A stretch of DNA of 64,000 bases from Rhodospirillales bacterium (GCA_050329575.1 JBHJOP010000039.1:15812-79811); one strand, 5' to 3'. Counted from the first letter of the stretch, positions 18,891 through 28,479 are shown. Notes: generated by a model not told the origin, from the sequence alone. A program made the numbers and translations.

Positions 18891-20368
18891 TCTCGCCGCA
18901 TCTGCCGGTGCTGCAGGTGGTGGTGCCGCTGATCGCGGCCCCGGCGTGCGTGCTGGTGCGTCACGGCACCATCGCCTGGGCGCTGGCCCTCGTCATCACC
19001 TGGTCGACCTTCGCTATCGCCCTCGTGCTACTGGTCGATGTCACCGGGAGCGGCCCGATCTCGTATGCGATCGGCGGCTGGCCGCCGCCGTGGGGTATCG
19101 AATACCGGGTCGACGCCCTCGGTGCCTTCGTGGTGGTGATCGTCAGCGCGGTCGGCGCCGCCGTGATGCCGTTCGCCCGCGCCAGCGTCGCCCGCGAGGT
19201 GGCCGCCGACCGCGTCTACCTGTTCTACACCATGTATCTGCTCTGCCTCGCGGGACTGCTCGGCATCACCGTCACCGGCGATGCGTTCAACCTGTTCGTG
19301 TTCCTCGAGATCTCGTCGCTGTCGTCCTACGTGCTGATCAGTCTCGGCCGCGACCGCCGCGCGGTGACCGCCGCGTTTCGTTACCTGATCCTCGGCACCA
19401 TTGGCGCCACCTTCTACATCATCGGCGTCGGCATGATGTACATGGTGACCGGTACCCTCAACATCGCCGACCTCGCGGAACGGCTGCCGGCGATGGCGGA
19501 CTCGCGCACCGTGCAGATGGCGCTGGCCTTCCTCACCGTCGGCATCAGCCTCAAGCTGGCGCTGTTTCCGCTGCACCTTTGGCTGCCCAACGCTTACACC
19601 TTCGCGCCGTCGGCGGTGACGGTGTTCCTCGCGGCGACGGCGACCAAGGTCGCGGTCTACGTTTTGATGCGGATCGTCTACACGGTGTTCGGCGGGACGG
19701 TCATCTTCGCCGAGATGCCGATCGACGAGATGCTGATGGGGCTCGGCATGTTGGCGATGATCGGCGCTTCGCTGGTCGCCGCTTTCCAGGACAACGTCAA
19801 GCGTCTGCTCGCCTATTCCAGCCTGTCGCAGATCGGCTACATCGTCCTTGGCCTCAGTCTCGCCAATGTTTCCGGACTCGCCGGCGGGATCGTCCACCTG
19901 TTCAACCACGCCATGATGAAGGGCACCCTGTTCGTGGCGATGGGCTGCGTGTTCTACCGGGTGGGATCGGTGCACATCGATGCCCTCGCCGGGGTCGGCC
20001 GGCGGATGCCGTTCACCATGGCGGGAGCCCTGGTCGGCGGGCTGAGCCTGATCGGGGCTCCGCTGACAGTCGGCTTCGTCTCCAAGTGGTACCTGATCAG
20101 GGGCGCCCTCGAGCGCGGCCTGTGGCCGGTGGCCATGGTCGTTCTGGTCAGCGGCCTCCTCGCCCTGATCTACTTCTGGCGGATCGTCGAGGCCGCCTAT
20201 TTTCGCCCGGCTCCCGCGAGCGCCGCCGAGATCCATGAAGCGCCGCTCGGGATGCTGATCTCGCTCGGCGTTCTGGCGGCGGCGTGCATCGGATTCGGCT
20301 TCGATGCGACCCCGACCATGACCATCGCCCTGCAGGCGGCGGCCAGCCTGCTCGGAGCGCAACCGTGA
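18887..20368 (+). CDS. mrpD: Mrp antiporter-like subunit D (NuoL/M/N family), copy 1
   Basis: The TTG start overlaps the mrpC stop (TTGA). 493 aa. FNLFVFLEISSLSSYVL, WLPNAYTFAPSAVTVFL, YSSLSQIGYIV. Confidence 0.85.
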   Translation: MISPHLPVLQVVVPLIAAPACVLVRHGTIAWALALVITWSTFAIALVLLVDVTGSGPISYAIGGWPPPWGIEYRVDALGAFVVVIVSAVGAAVMPFARASVAREVAADRVYLFYTMYLLCLAGLLGITVTGDAFNLFVFLEISSLSSYVLISLGRDRRAVTAAFRYLILGTIGATFYIIGVGMMYMVTGTLNIADLAERLPAMADSRTVQMALAFLTVGISLKLALFPLHLWLPNAYTFAPSAVTVFLAATATKVAVYVLMRIVYTVFGGTVIFAEMPIDEMLMGLGMLAMIGASLVAAFQDNVKRLLAYSSLSQIGYIVLGLSLANVSGLAGGIVHLFNHAMMKGTLFVAMGCVFYRVGSVHIDALAGVGRRMPFTMAGALVGGLSLIGAPLTVGFVSKWYLIRGALERGLWPVAMVVLVSGLLALIYFWRIVEAAYFRPAPASAAEIHEAPLGMLISLGVLAAACIGFGFDATPTMTIALQAAASLLGAQP

Positions 20369-21834
20369 CGCCGCAGCTGGCGATGCCGCTGGCGGTGGCC
20401 TTGCCGCTGGTCGGCGTCGGCCTGATCGTGCTCGCCCGCCACCGGCCCAATCTGCGCGAAGCGATGACGCTCATCACCGCGGTCGCCTTGTTCGCCGTCG
20501 TGCTGTCGATCCTGCCGGCGGTGGCCCGCGGCGAACGACCGCAGGTGGTGCTGTTCGAGATGTTTCCCGGCATCGCCCTCGCCTTCTCGGCGGAGCCGCT
20601 GGGCGCCGCCTTCGCCGCCATCGCCAGCTTCCTGTGGATCGTCACCTCGGTCTACTCGATCGGCTACATGCGCGGCCACCACGAACCGAACCAGACCCGC
20701 TTCTACGTCTTCTTCGCCGTCGCGCTGGCCACCACCATGGGGGTCGCCTTCTCCGCGAACCTGCTAACCCTGTTCACTTTTTACGAAGCACTGACGGTCT
20801 GCACGTTTCCGCTCGTGACCCATGCCGGCACCGACGCGGCACGGCGCGCCGGGCGGGTCTATCTCGGCATCCTGCTCGGGACCTCGATCGGTTTTCAGTT
20901 GTTCGCCATCGTCGCCACCGCGGTGATCGCCGGAACCCTCGACTTCACGGACGGCGGCATCCTCGCAGGCCGTGCCTCCGACGGCATGATTGCGTTTCTG
21001 CTCGCCCTTTACGTCTTTGGGATCGGCAAGGCGGCGCTGATGCCGTTCCACCGCTGGTTGCCGGCGGCGATGGTGGCACCGACCCCGGTCAGCGCCCTCC
21101 TGCACGCGGTCGCGGTGGTCAAGGCCGGCGTGTTCACGGTGCTCAAGGTCACCGTTTACGTGTTCGGCATCGACTTGCTGGCGACGACCGGCGCCGGCCT
21201 CTGGCTCGCCTACGTCGCCGCGGCCACCATCCTGATCGGCTCACTGGTGGCGATGACCAAGGACAACCTCAAGGCGCGGCTTGCCTATTCGACGGTGAGC
21301 CAGCTCTCCTACGTCGTCCTCGGTGCGATGCTGGCGACCGCTGCCGGTGTCACCGGTGGCGCCATGCACATCGCCATGCATGCGTTTGGCAAGATCACCC
21401 TGTTCTTTTGTGCCGGCGCCATCCTGGTCGCCAGCCACGAGACGGAAATCAGCCGGATGCGCGGTCTCGGTCGCCGGATGCCGTTCACCTTCGCCGCCTT
21501 CTTCGTCGCCGCCCTCAGCATCATCGGCCTGCCGCCGCTGGGCGGCGCCTGGAGCAAGTTCGCGTTGATCGTCGCCGCCGTCGATACGGGACAACTGGTG
21601 CTGGTCGCAGTGCTGATGCTCTCGTCGCTGCTCAACATCGCCTATCTAGTCCCGGTGGCGATCCGCGGCTTCCTGCCGGCGCCGGCGACGCCGGCCGGCA
21701 CCGCCGCGACCGGCCTCGCCGAGGCGCCGCTGCTCTGCGTGGTGCCGTTGTGGCTGACCGCGATCGGCTGTGTCGTGCTGTTTTTCTATGCCGACCACCT
21801 CTACGATTTCCTGAGACCGCTGGGGGGAGGATAA
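20365..21834 (+). CDS. mrpD: Mrp antiporter-like subunit D/A (NuoL/M/N family), copy 2
   Basis: The GTG start overlaps the upstream stop (GTGA). 489 aa. LLTLFTFYEALTVCTFPLV, PFHRWLPAAMVAPTPVSALLHAVAVVKAG, YSTVSQLSYVV. Confidence 0.85.
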   Translation: MTPQLAMPLAVALPLVGVGLIVLARHRPNLREAMTLITAVALFAVVLSILPAVARGERPQVVLFEMFPGIALAFSAEPLGAAFAAIASFLWIVTSVYSIGYMRGHHEPNQTRFYVFFAVALATTMGVAFSANLLTLFTFYEALTVCTFPLVTHAGTDAARRAGRVYLGILLGTSIGFQLFAIVATAVIAGTLDFTDGGILAGRASDGMIAFLLALYVFGIGKAALMPFHRWLPAAMVAPTPVSALLHAVAVVKAGVFTVLKVTVYVFGIDLLATTGAGLWLAYVAAATILIGSLVAMTKDNLKARLAYSTVSQLSYVVLGAMLATAAGVTGGAMHIAMHAFGKITLFFCAGAILVASHETEISRMRGLGRRMPFTFAAFFVAALSIIGLPPLGGAWSKFALIVAAVDTGQLVLVAVLMLSSLLNIAYLVPVAIRGFLPAPATPAGTAATGLAEAPLLCVVPLWLTAIGCVVLFFYADHLYDFLRPLGGG

Positions 21835-21840
21835 TCGTTG

Positions 21841-22104
21841 ATGTCCGACGGAGAGCGCCCCGGCGGCCGGAGCACCGAGAAACCGACCATGGCGGGCAAG
21901 CTCGTCTGGGGACTGGGTCTGCTGTGCGCGCTGCTGTTCGGCGCCGACGCCTTCTACGCCAGGCACGGCCAGTTCGCGATCGAGGACGGGTTCGGCTTCT
22001 TCGCGATCTTCGGCTTCGTTGCCTGCGCGGCGGCAGTGCTGGCCGCCCGAGGGGTGCGTCGGCATTTGCAGCGCCGGGAAGACTTCTACGACCGCGATGA
22101 TTAG
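21841..22104 (+). CDS. Small membrane protein embedded in the mrp cluster
   Basis: ATG 21841 follows GGGGGGAGG. 87 aa with two hydrophobic segments (LVWGLGLLCALLFGADAF, GFFAIFGFVACAAAVLAA). Its stop overlaps the next start. Confidence 0.5.
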   Translation: MSDGERPGGRSTEKPTMAGKLVWGLGLLCALLFGADAFYARHGQFAIEDGFGFFAIFGFVACAAAVLAARGVRRHLQRREDFYDRDD

Positions 22105-23785
22105 CGTCAACCCCGGCCTGATCCTCGTCCTCGGTGCCCTTGTGGTGCCGTTGCTGCGCGGCAACGCCCGCGGCGTCGCAATGCTGGCGCTCTCGCTCGC
22201 TGGCCTCGCCTACTCCCTTTTGCTCCCGTCCGGCGGATCCGACCCCGCCTCGTTCCTCGACTTCGATCTGGTGCTGCTCCGCGTCGATCCGCTGGCCAGG
22301 GCGTTCGGCGGCGTTTTCTTCGTTGCCGCCGCGCTGGCGGCGCTGTTCGGGTTTCAGGATCGCGACCCGATCGCGCAAACCGCCGCTCTCGTCTATGCCG
22401 GAGGGGCGATCGGCGCCGTGTTCGCCGGCGATCTGATCACCCTGTTCGTGTTCTGGGAGCTGACCGCGATCTCTTCGGTTTTCCTGGTCTGGGCGGGAGG
22501 GACCGAGCGCGCCTACCGCGCCGGCCTGCGCTATCTGATCGTCCAGGTCGGCTCCGGGGTGATCCTGCTCGCCGGGCTGATCATACACGCTGCGGAGACC
22601 GGCTCGGTCGCCTTCGATCACCTCGGCCTCGCCGGCCCCGGGCCGGTGCTGATCCTGGTCGCCATCGGAATCAAGTGCGCCTTCCCACTGCTCCACGCCT
22701 GGCTCGCCGACGCCTATCCGGAGGCGAGCCCCGCCGGGACCGTGTGGCTGAGCGCGTTCACCACCAAGCTCGCGGTCTACGCCCTCGCGCGGGGCTATGC
22801 CGGCACCGAGATCCTGATCTGGATCGGCGCGGTGATGACGGTGTTCCCGATCGTCTACGCGGTGCTCGCGGACGACCTCCGCCGGGTGCTAGCCCACAGC
22901 CTCAACATCCAGCTCGGCTTCATGGTGGCGGCGATCGGCGTCGGCGGCGCGATGGCAATCAACGGCGCGGTCGCGCATGCCCTTGGCCACATCCTCTACA
23001 AGGCTCTGCTGTTCATGACGATCGGCGCGGTGCTGACGCAGTCCGGCACCGCCAAGGCCTCGGACCTCGGCGGGCTGTGGCGCAGCATGCCGTGGACCGC
23101 TGCCTGTTGCGTCGTCGGGGCGGCCTCGATCTCGGCTGTGCCGCTGTTCAGCGGCTACGCCAGCAAGTCCCTGATCCTTGCCGTGGTCGCCGGCGGCGGC
23201 CACTTCGTTCCGTGGCTGCTGCTGTTGACGGCGTCGGCCGGGGTCATCGCCTACGCCGGGGTCAAGGTGCCCTACGCCGCCTTCTTCGCTCCCGACCGCG
23301 GCCTCCGCTGTTCGGAGGCGCCGTGGAACATGCGGCTGGCGATGGCGATCGCCGCGGTGGCCTGCATTGCCATGGGAGCGCTGCCTCAGATGTTCTACAG
23401 CTTGCTGCCCTACCCAGTCTCCTACGATCCCTACACCGTCGACCACGTCGTTGGCCAGTTGCAGCTCCTGCTGTTCGCCGCCCTCGCCTTGGTCGTGCTG
23501 CAGAGGGCCGGCCTCTATCCGTGGACGGCGGGTCGCGAGTTGGTCGACGTCGATATCCTCTACCGCAGGGGCCTGCCGGCCCTCGCCCGCTGGTTCGTCC
23601 GCAGCTTCGGCCCGATCGACCGGGCGGTGCGGCGAATCACCGTGGATGCGTTCCGGCGTCTGGTGACGCAGATCTACCGCCACCAAGGTCCCGCCGGCGC
23701 CCTGACCCGCACCGCCAACGCCGGCAACATGGTGTTCTGGGTGATAGTGATGCTCGCCGGCTATCTGGTGATCTACTTCGTCTAG
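22097..23785 (+). CDS. mrpD: Mrp antiporter-like subunit D (NuoL/M/N family), copy 3
   Basis: ATG 22097 overlaps the small ORF's end. 562 aa. DLITLFVFWELTAISSVFLV, FPLLHAWLADAYPEASPAGTVWLSAFTTKLAVY. Confidence 0.85.
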   Translation: MISVNPGLILVLGALVVPLLRGNARGVAMLALSLAGLAYSLLLPSGGSDPASFLDFDLVLLRVDPLARAFGGVFFVAAALAALFGFQDRDPIAQTAALVYAGGAIGAVFAGDLITLFVFWELTAISSVFLVWAGGTERAYRAGLRYLIVQVGSGVILLAGLIIHAAETGSVAFDHLGLAGPGPVLILVAIGIKCAFPLLHAWLADAYPEASPAGTVWLSAFTTKLAVYALARGYAGTEILIWIGAVMTVFPIVYAVLADDLRRVLAHSLNIQLGFMVAAIGVGGAMAINGAVAHALGHILYKALLFMTIGAVLTQSGTAKASDLGGLWRSMPWTAACCVVGAASISAVPLFSGYASKSLILAVVAGGGHFVPWLLLLTASAGVIAYAGVKVPYAAFFAPDRGLRCSEAPWNMRLAMAIAAVACIAMGALPQMFYSLLPYPVSYDPYTVDHVVGQLQLLLFAALALVVLQRAGLYPWTAGRELVDVDILYRRGLPALARWFVRSFGPIDRAVRRITVDAFRRLVTQIYRHQGPAGALTRTANAGNMVFWVIVMLAGYLVIYFV

Positions 23786-23857
23786 CGCCACCGGCAGCGG
23801 GGACGGGACGGTGTGGCGGTGGCGAGAACCATCGCCGGGCGGGCCGGTGCCGCCTTC

Positions 23858-24634
23858 TCAACCGCTGCGGGCGGACGGTTTCGGCGCCTCCATCGTCGCT
23901 TCGGGACTCCAACGGGGGTCGGGGGCCTCGGCGAAGACCCGGCGCAGGCCCTCGCTCCAGTGGCGGCTGAGGGCGCTGAAGTAGGGGTCGTCGTCGCGGA
24001 TGCGCTGGTGGCAGGCGATCCGGTACGTGTCGGCCTTGTAGATCACCAGATCGATCGGTGGTCCGACCGAGATGTTGGCGCGAATCGTCGAATCGAACGA
24101 CACCAGCGCGCACTTGGCGGTCTGCACCAGCCCGACGTCGGCAGCCAGCACCCGTTCCAGGATCGGCTTGCCGTACTTGGTCTCGCCCATCTGGAAATAG
24201 GGCGTCCCCTCGCTCGCCTCGATGAAGTTGCCGGCCGGATAGACCAGGAACAGCCGCGGCCGCTCGCCCTTGATCTGGCCGCCGACGATCAGCGAGGCGT
24301 TGAACTCGGTCCCGTGGGCCTGGAAGTAGGTGCCGTCGCGGTCGAACACCGCGCGCAGGAATCCGCCGACGATCTTGGTGGCATCGAACAGGGTATCGAT
24401 CTGGAATAGGCTGCGTCCGGGGTCGTCGGTGCCGAGGCCGCGCTCGACCATGCTGATCACCTCCTGGGTGACCGCGAGGTTGCCGGCGGTCAACAGCACG
24501 ATCACCCGGTCGCCCGACTTCTCGAAGATGAACACCTTGCGGAACGTCGAGACGCTGTCGACCCCCGCGTTGGTGCGGGAGTCGGCAGCGAAGACCAAGC
24601 CCTCGTCGACCCTGATGCCGAGGCAGTAGGACAT
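23858..24634 (-). CDS. Anbu (ancestral beta-subunit) proteasome-homologue peptidase
   Basis: 258 aa. MSYCLGIRVDEGLVFAADSRTNAGVD..FRKVF... is the Ntn-hydrolase beta-subunit pattern. It is the last gene of the ATP-grasp/alpha-E/transglutaminase operon. Confidence 0.85.
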   Translation of the reverse strand: MSYCLGIRVDEGLVFAADSRTNAGVDSVSTFRKVFIFEKSGDRVIVLLTAGNLAVTQEVISMVERGLGTDDPGRSLFQIDTLFDATKIVGGFLRAVFDRDGTYFQAHGTEFNASLIVGGQIKGERPRLFLVYPAGNFIEASEGTPYFQMGETKYGKPILERVLAADVGLVQTAKCALVSFDSTIRANISVGPPIDLVIYKADTYRIACHQRIRDDDPYFSALSRHWSEGLRRVFAEAPDPRWSPEATMEAPKPSARSG

Positions 24635-24678
24635 GGCCCCATTCTAGCCGATTGCGCCGCTCCTGGCGCGGTCGTTGT

Positions 24679-25488
24679 TCATTGGCCCTCACAGACCTGG
24701 ACCCTGACCGACATCTCCTCGATCCCGCCGCCCTTGCGCAGTCCGCGGATCGGACACGCACCGGCATAGTCGAAGGCGACCGCGAGCCGAACGTAGGCGT
24801 CGGTGGCGCAAAGGCCGTTCGTTGGATCGAACGACACCCAGCCGAGATCTTCGATGTAGGCTTCCGCCCAGGCATGGCTGGCGAGACCGGCGCCGCGGCC
24901 GCCGTCGTGGTCGAACAGATAGCCGCTGACGTAGCGGGCCGGCACCCCCAACAACCGGCAGCAGGCGATGAACAGGTGGGCATGGTCCTGGCACACTCCG
25001 AAGCCGTGCTCGAGAGCTTCGGCCGCGGTGCTCTCGACGTCGGTGTAGCCGGGATCGTAGACGATCCGCTGGTGGATCCCCCACATCAGCGCATGCAGGG
25101 CGGCGATCGTCCCCTCGTCGTCCATTCTCTCCACATACGGCTTGGCGAAGTCGGCGACACCGCCCTCGATGCGGGTGTAGCGCGTGTCGCGCAGGAACAT
25201 CGGCGGTGGCAACCCGTCGTCTGCCGGCAGCATGCCGCAGGTGTCGTAGGTCTCGACCTCGCCACGGACCAGCACCGGCACCTCGTCGTGGGGACCGTCC
25301 TGGACCGACACGTGGGCTGTGTTACCGAAGCCGTCGGACCACGGCCGCAGCTTTCCGGGGGTGAGGATCTGCCACGACAGCAGAGCCTGGGATTGATCGG
25401 CCCGCGGCGTCAAGCGCAGGTACTGGATGCTGTGCTGGGCCGGTCGCCCGAACCGGTAGTGAGTTTCGTGCTCGATGGTCAGCTTCAT
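24679..25488 (-). CDS. Transglutaminase-like cysteine protease domain protein (COG1305 type)
   Basis: From ATG 25488 (ATGA overlap with the alpha-E stop): MKLTIEHETHYRF.., GFGVCQDHAHLFIACCRLLGVPARYVSGY, HAWAEAY...WVSFDPTN (Cys-His-Asp triad context). Confidence 0.85.
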   Translation of the reverse strand: MKLTIEHETHYRFGRPAQHSIQYLRLTPRADQSQALLSWQILTPGKLRPWSDGFGNTAHVSVQDGPHDEVPVLVRGEVETYDTCGMLPADDGLPPPMFLRDTRYTRIEGGVADFAKPYVERMDDEGTIAALHALMWGIHQRIVYDPGYTDVESTAAEALEHGFGVCQDHAHLFIACCRLLGVPARYVSGYLFDHDGGRGAGLASHAWAEAYIEDLGWVSFDPTNGLCATDAYVRLAVAFDYAGACPIRGLRKGGGIEEMSVRVQVCEGQ

Positions 25489-26420
25489 GGCACCAACATG
25501 AACTCCTTTCCGATCATGGCGTGCAGCTCGTTGTTGCGGCTGATGAACCCGCCGAGGTAGCGGGGCAGCCCGGAGCGCAGGATGCCGTCGATGCGGTTGC
25601 GCTGCATCTGGTCGCGCGCCTGGGCGGCGAGCAGGGTGCAGGGGGCGTTGCCGCGCAGCTGGCGAAGGATCTCGGTCATCTCGTTGATGCATGCGAGCAG
25701 AGAGCGCGGCATGTCGGCGCGCAGCACCAGCAGTTCCGCCACCCGCTTCGGTTCGATGATCCCCGAATAGACCTCGCGGTAGGCCTTGAAGGCGCTGAAC
25801 GCGCGCAGCAGCGCGCCCCAGCGGTAATAGTCCTCGGCCCCCAGCGGCTTGCCGCTCTTCGGGGTCAGCATCTCCCACTTGATCGCGAGCACTCGGGCGG
25901 AGTTGTCGGCCCGCTCGACGAAGGTGCCGAGGCGGGAGAAGGTGAAAGCATTGCCGCGCCGCATGGTGCCGTAGATGGCGCCGCGAAACAAATGCGAGCG
26001 CTCCTTGACCCAGTCGAAGAACTCGCCGAAGCCCTGGTCGAGCATCCTCGCATACGAGACCCGCTCAAGCTCCAGGTAGGTCTGGTTGATGCCCTCCCAG
26101 ACCTCGGTGGTGAGCGCGGTGCGCGTCGCCCGGGCGTTCTCTCGGGCATTGTGGATGGCCGAGCGGATGCTGTTGGGGTTGTCCGCATCGAGCGCCATGT
26201 AGGCCATCATCGTTGCCGGCGTCACCTCCGCATAGCGGGCGAGGAACTGCGCGCGGTCGCCGCCGAGTCGCAGCGGCGCCTCCCACTCCGACCCGCCCTC
26301 CCCGCCCGCGGCGGGCAGCAGCGACATGTAGTAGGAGCTGGCCAGCAGCCGCGCCATGTTTTCGGCGCGTTCGACGTAGCGGGCCATCCAATAGACGTTG
26401 TTGGCGGTGCGCCCGAGCAT
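25485..26420 (-). CDS. Alpha-E domain protein (COG2307)
   Basis: 311 aa. MLGRTANNVYWMARYVERAEN..., YYRWGALLRAFSAFKAYRE. It lies between the ATP-grasp and transglutaminase genes. Confidence 0.85.
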   Translation of the reverse strand: MLGRTANNVYWMARYVERAENMARLLASSYYMSLLPAAGGEGGSEWEAPLRLGGDRAQFLARYAEVTPATMMAYMALDADNPNSIRSAIHNARENARATRTALTTEVWEGINQTYLELERVSYARMLDQGFGEFFDWVKERSHLFRGAIYGTMRRGNAFTFSRLGTFVERADNSARVLAIKWEMLTPKSGKPLGAEDYYRWGALLRAFSAFKAYREVYSGIIEPKRVAELLVLRADMPRSLLACINEMTEILRQLRGNAPCTLLAAQARDQMQRNRIDGILRSGLPRYLGGFISRNNELHAMIGKEFMLVP

Positions 26421-26423
26421 CGC

Positions 26424-27842
26424 TCAGCCCTCCAGCACCCAGGTGTCCTTGGTGCCGCCGCCCTGTGACGAGTTGACCACCAGCGACCCCTCGCGCAGCG
26501 CGACCCGGGTCAGCCCGCCCGGCACCACGGTCGTTGTCTCGCCGCTCAGCACGTAAGGCCTGAGATCGACGTGCCGAGGGACGATCTCACCGTTGATCAG
26601 CGTCGGGCAGGTCGACAGGCTGAGGGTCGGCTGGGCGATGAACCCGTCGGGATTGGCGAGAATTCTGTTCCGGAACTCAAACCTCGCTTCGGCCGTGCTG
26701 GTCGGTCCCACCAGCATCCCGTAGCCACCGGAGCCGGCGACTTCCTTGACCACCAACTCGTCGAGGTGTTCGAGCACGTAGGCGCGATCGTCCGCCTCAC
26801 TGAGCCTGTAGGTGGGCACGTTGCTGAGGATTGGTTTCTCGCCGAGATAGAAACGGATCATCTCCGGCACGTAAGTATAGACGGCCTTGTCGTCGGCGAT
26901 GCCGGTGCCAATGGCGTTGGCGAGGGTGACGCGGCCGTTGCGGATCACCGACAGCAGGCCCGGCACGCCCAGGGTCGATCCCGGATCGAAAGCGAGCGGA
27001 TCGATGTAGTCGTCGTCGATCCGTCGGTAGAGCACGTCGACCCGTGCCGGACCGTCGGTGGTGCGCATGAACAGGGTGTCGTCGTCGACGAACAGATCGG
27101 AGCCCTCGACCAGTTCGACGCCCATCTGCTGGGCGAGGAAGGCGTGCTCGAAGTAAGCGCTGTTGAAGTGGCCCGGCGTCAGCACCACCACCGTCGGATC
27201 GGCGATTCCCGGCGGCGCCGAAGCGCGCAGGGTGCGCAGCAGCGCCTCGGGGTAATGGTTGACCGGCGCCACCGAGTGCAGCGCGAACAGCTCCGGGAAC
27301 AGCCGCATCATCGTCTCCCGGTTTTCCAGCATGTAGGAGACTCCCGACGGCACCCGCGCGTTGTCCTCGAGCACGTAGAACTCGGTGGCCGACACCCGCA
27401 CCACGTCGATGCCGGCAACGTGCACGTAGACGCCGCGCGGCACGTCCAGTCCCAGCACCTCGGGGCGGAACGCTGGGTTGTTGAGGATCAATGGCGAGGG
27501 AATCCGACCCGCCTTGAGGATATGCTGCTCGTGGTAGACATCCTCAAGAAAGGCGTTGAGCGCCCGCACCCGCTGGCAGACGCCGGTGGAGACCACGTTC
27601 CATTCCTCGGTATCGAGGATCCGCGGGATGACATCGAACGGGATCAGCCGTTCCGCGCCCTCGTCGCTGCCGTACACCGAAAAGGTGATTCCAAGGCGCT
27701 GGAAGATCAGGTCCGCCTGCTGGTGTTTCTCGATCAAGCGCTTCGGAAGTACGCCGTCCAGCCACGCGCCATACGCCCGATAGGCGTTGCGCAGGCCGTT
27801 CTCGCCTCCGTTCATCTCGTCGAACGCCGCGTCGAGCGTCAT
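26424..27842 (-). CDS. Circularly permuted type-2 ATP-grasp protein (COG2308)
   Basis: From ATG 27842; 472 aa. ITFSVYG...ERLIPFDVIPRIL, GIDVVRVSATEFYVLEDNARVPSGVSYMLENR, GGYGMLVGP. Confidence 0.85.
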   Translation of the reverse strand: MTLDAAFDEMNGGENGLRNAYRAYGAWLDGVLPKRLIEKHQQADLIFQRLGITFSVYGSDEGAERLIPFDVIPRILDTEEWNVVSTGVCQRVRALNAFLEDVYHEQHILKAGRIPSPLILNNPAFRPEVLGLDVPRGVYVHVAGIDVVRVSATEFYVLEDNARVPSGVSYMLENRETMMRLFPELFALHSVAPVNHYPEALLRTLRASAPPGIADPTVVVLTPGHFNSAYFEHAFLAQQMGVELVEGSDLFVDDDTLFMRTTDGPARVDVLYRRIDDDYIDPLAFDPGSTLGVPGLLSVIRNGRVTLANAIGTGIADDKAVYTYVPEMIRFYLGEKPILSNVPTYRLSEADDRAYVLEHLDELVVKEVAGSGGYGMLVGPTSTAEARFEFRNRILANPDGFIAQPTLSLSTCPTLINGEIVPRHVDLRPYVLSGETTTVVPGGLTRVALREGSLVVNSSQGGGTKDTWVLEG

Positions 27843-28118
27843 GCCCGCCCGCTCCTGTGAGTGCCACTGAACTCTGGTCCGCCGCCCGGTCGTGAGCAAG
27901 CCACGTGCCAGACCATCCCCAGTGAAGGCCCCTGATCCCTAACCCCTTTTCAAGCATATGGTTGCGGATCGTCCTTAATGCTCGATCGCACGATCACACG
28001 ACGGCCGCGCGCGCTCGGTCTGCACCGAAAAGCATCAAGGAGCGGCTGTTGCCCAAACGATGGGCGAAGCAGCACGATGGCCGCAGATCTCCAAACCGGG
28101 GGGCGCGAAGGCGAACGC

Positions 28119-28150
28119 GTCCGCCCCCGCCTGTTCAGGCGGGGGCGGAC
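28119..28150. other. Perfect 13-bp GC-rich inverted repeat (hairpin) in a 580-bp non-coding gap
   Basis: GTCCGCCCCCGCC (28119-28131), loop TGTTCA, GGCGGGGGCGGAC (28138-28150). There is no U-tract on either strand. Confidence 0.6.
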
Positions 28151-28479
28151 CGTCAGCCACCCCGTGCCGATCGGTCCGCGACGATGCGTCCGGCCGGCGC
28201 TGGTGGGGAGGAGAAAATCGGCCGACGGTGGCAGTCTAGCAGCTTCCGGCCGCCGATCCCACCGACCGGAACCCGCAGATCTTCGCCCCCCTCTCGATAT
28301 CAGGTTGTGGTGCCGCCGGATTGGCGCAACGGGCGTGCGCACGCCCGCTGACTGGCATCGGGGTTCCGTTGCCCGCCGACGGTCGGCGCCATAAACTGAG
28401 ATCGGTACGGGTGGCGCGCGACAGCGCGAGCGGCCAAGCCCACAACCAAGGCCACGACAACGCCAAGGGAGAAACATCC

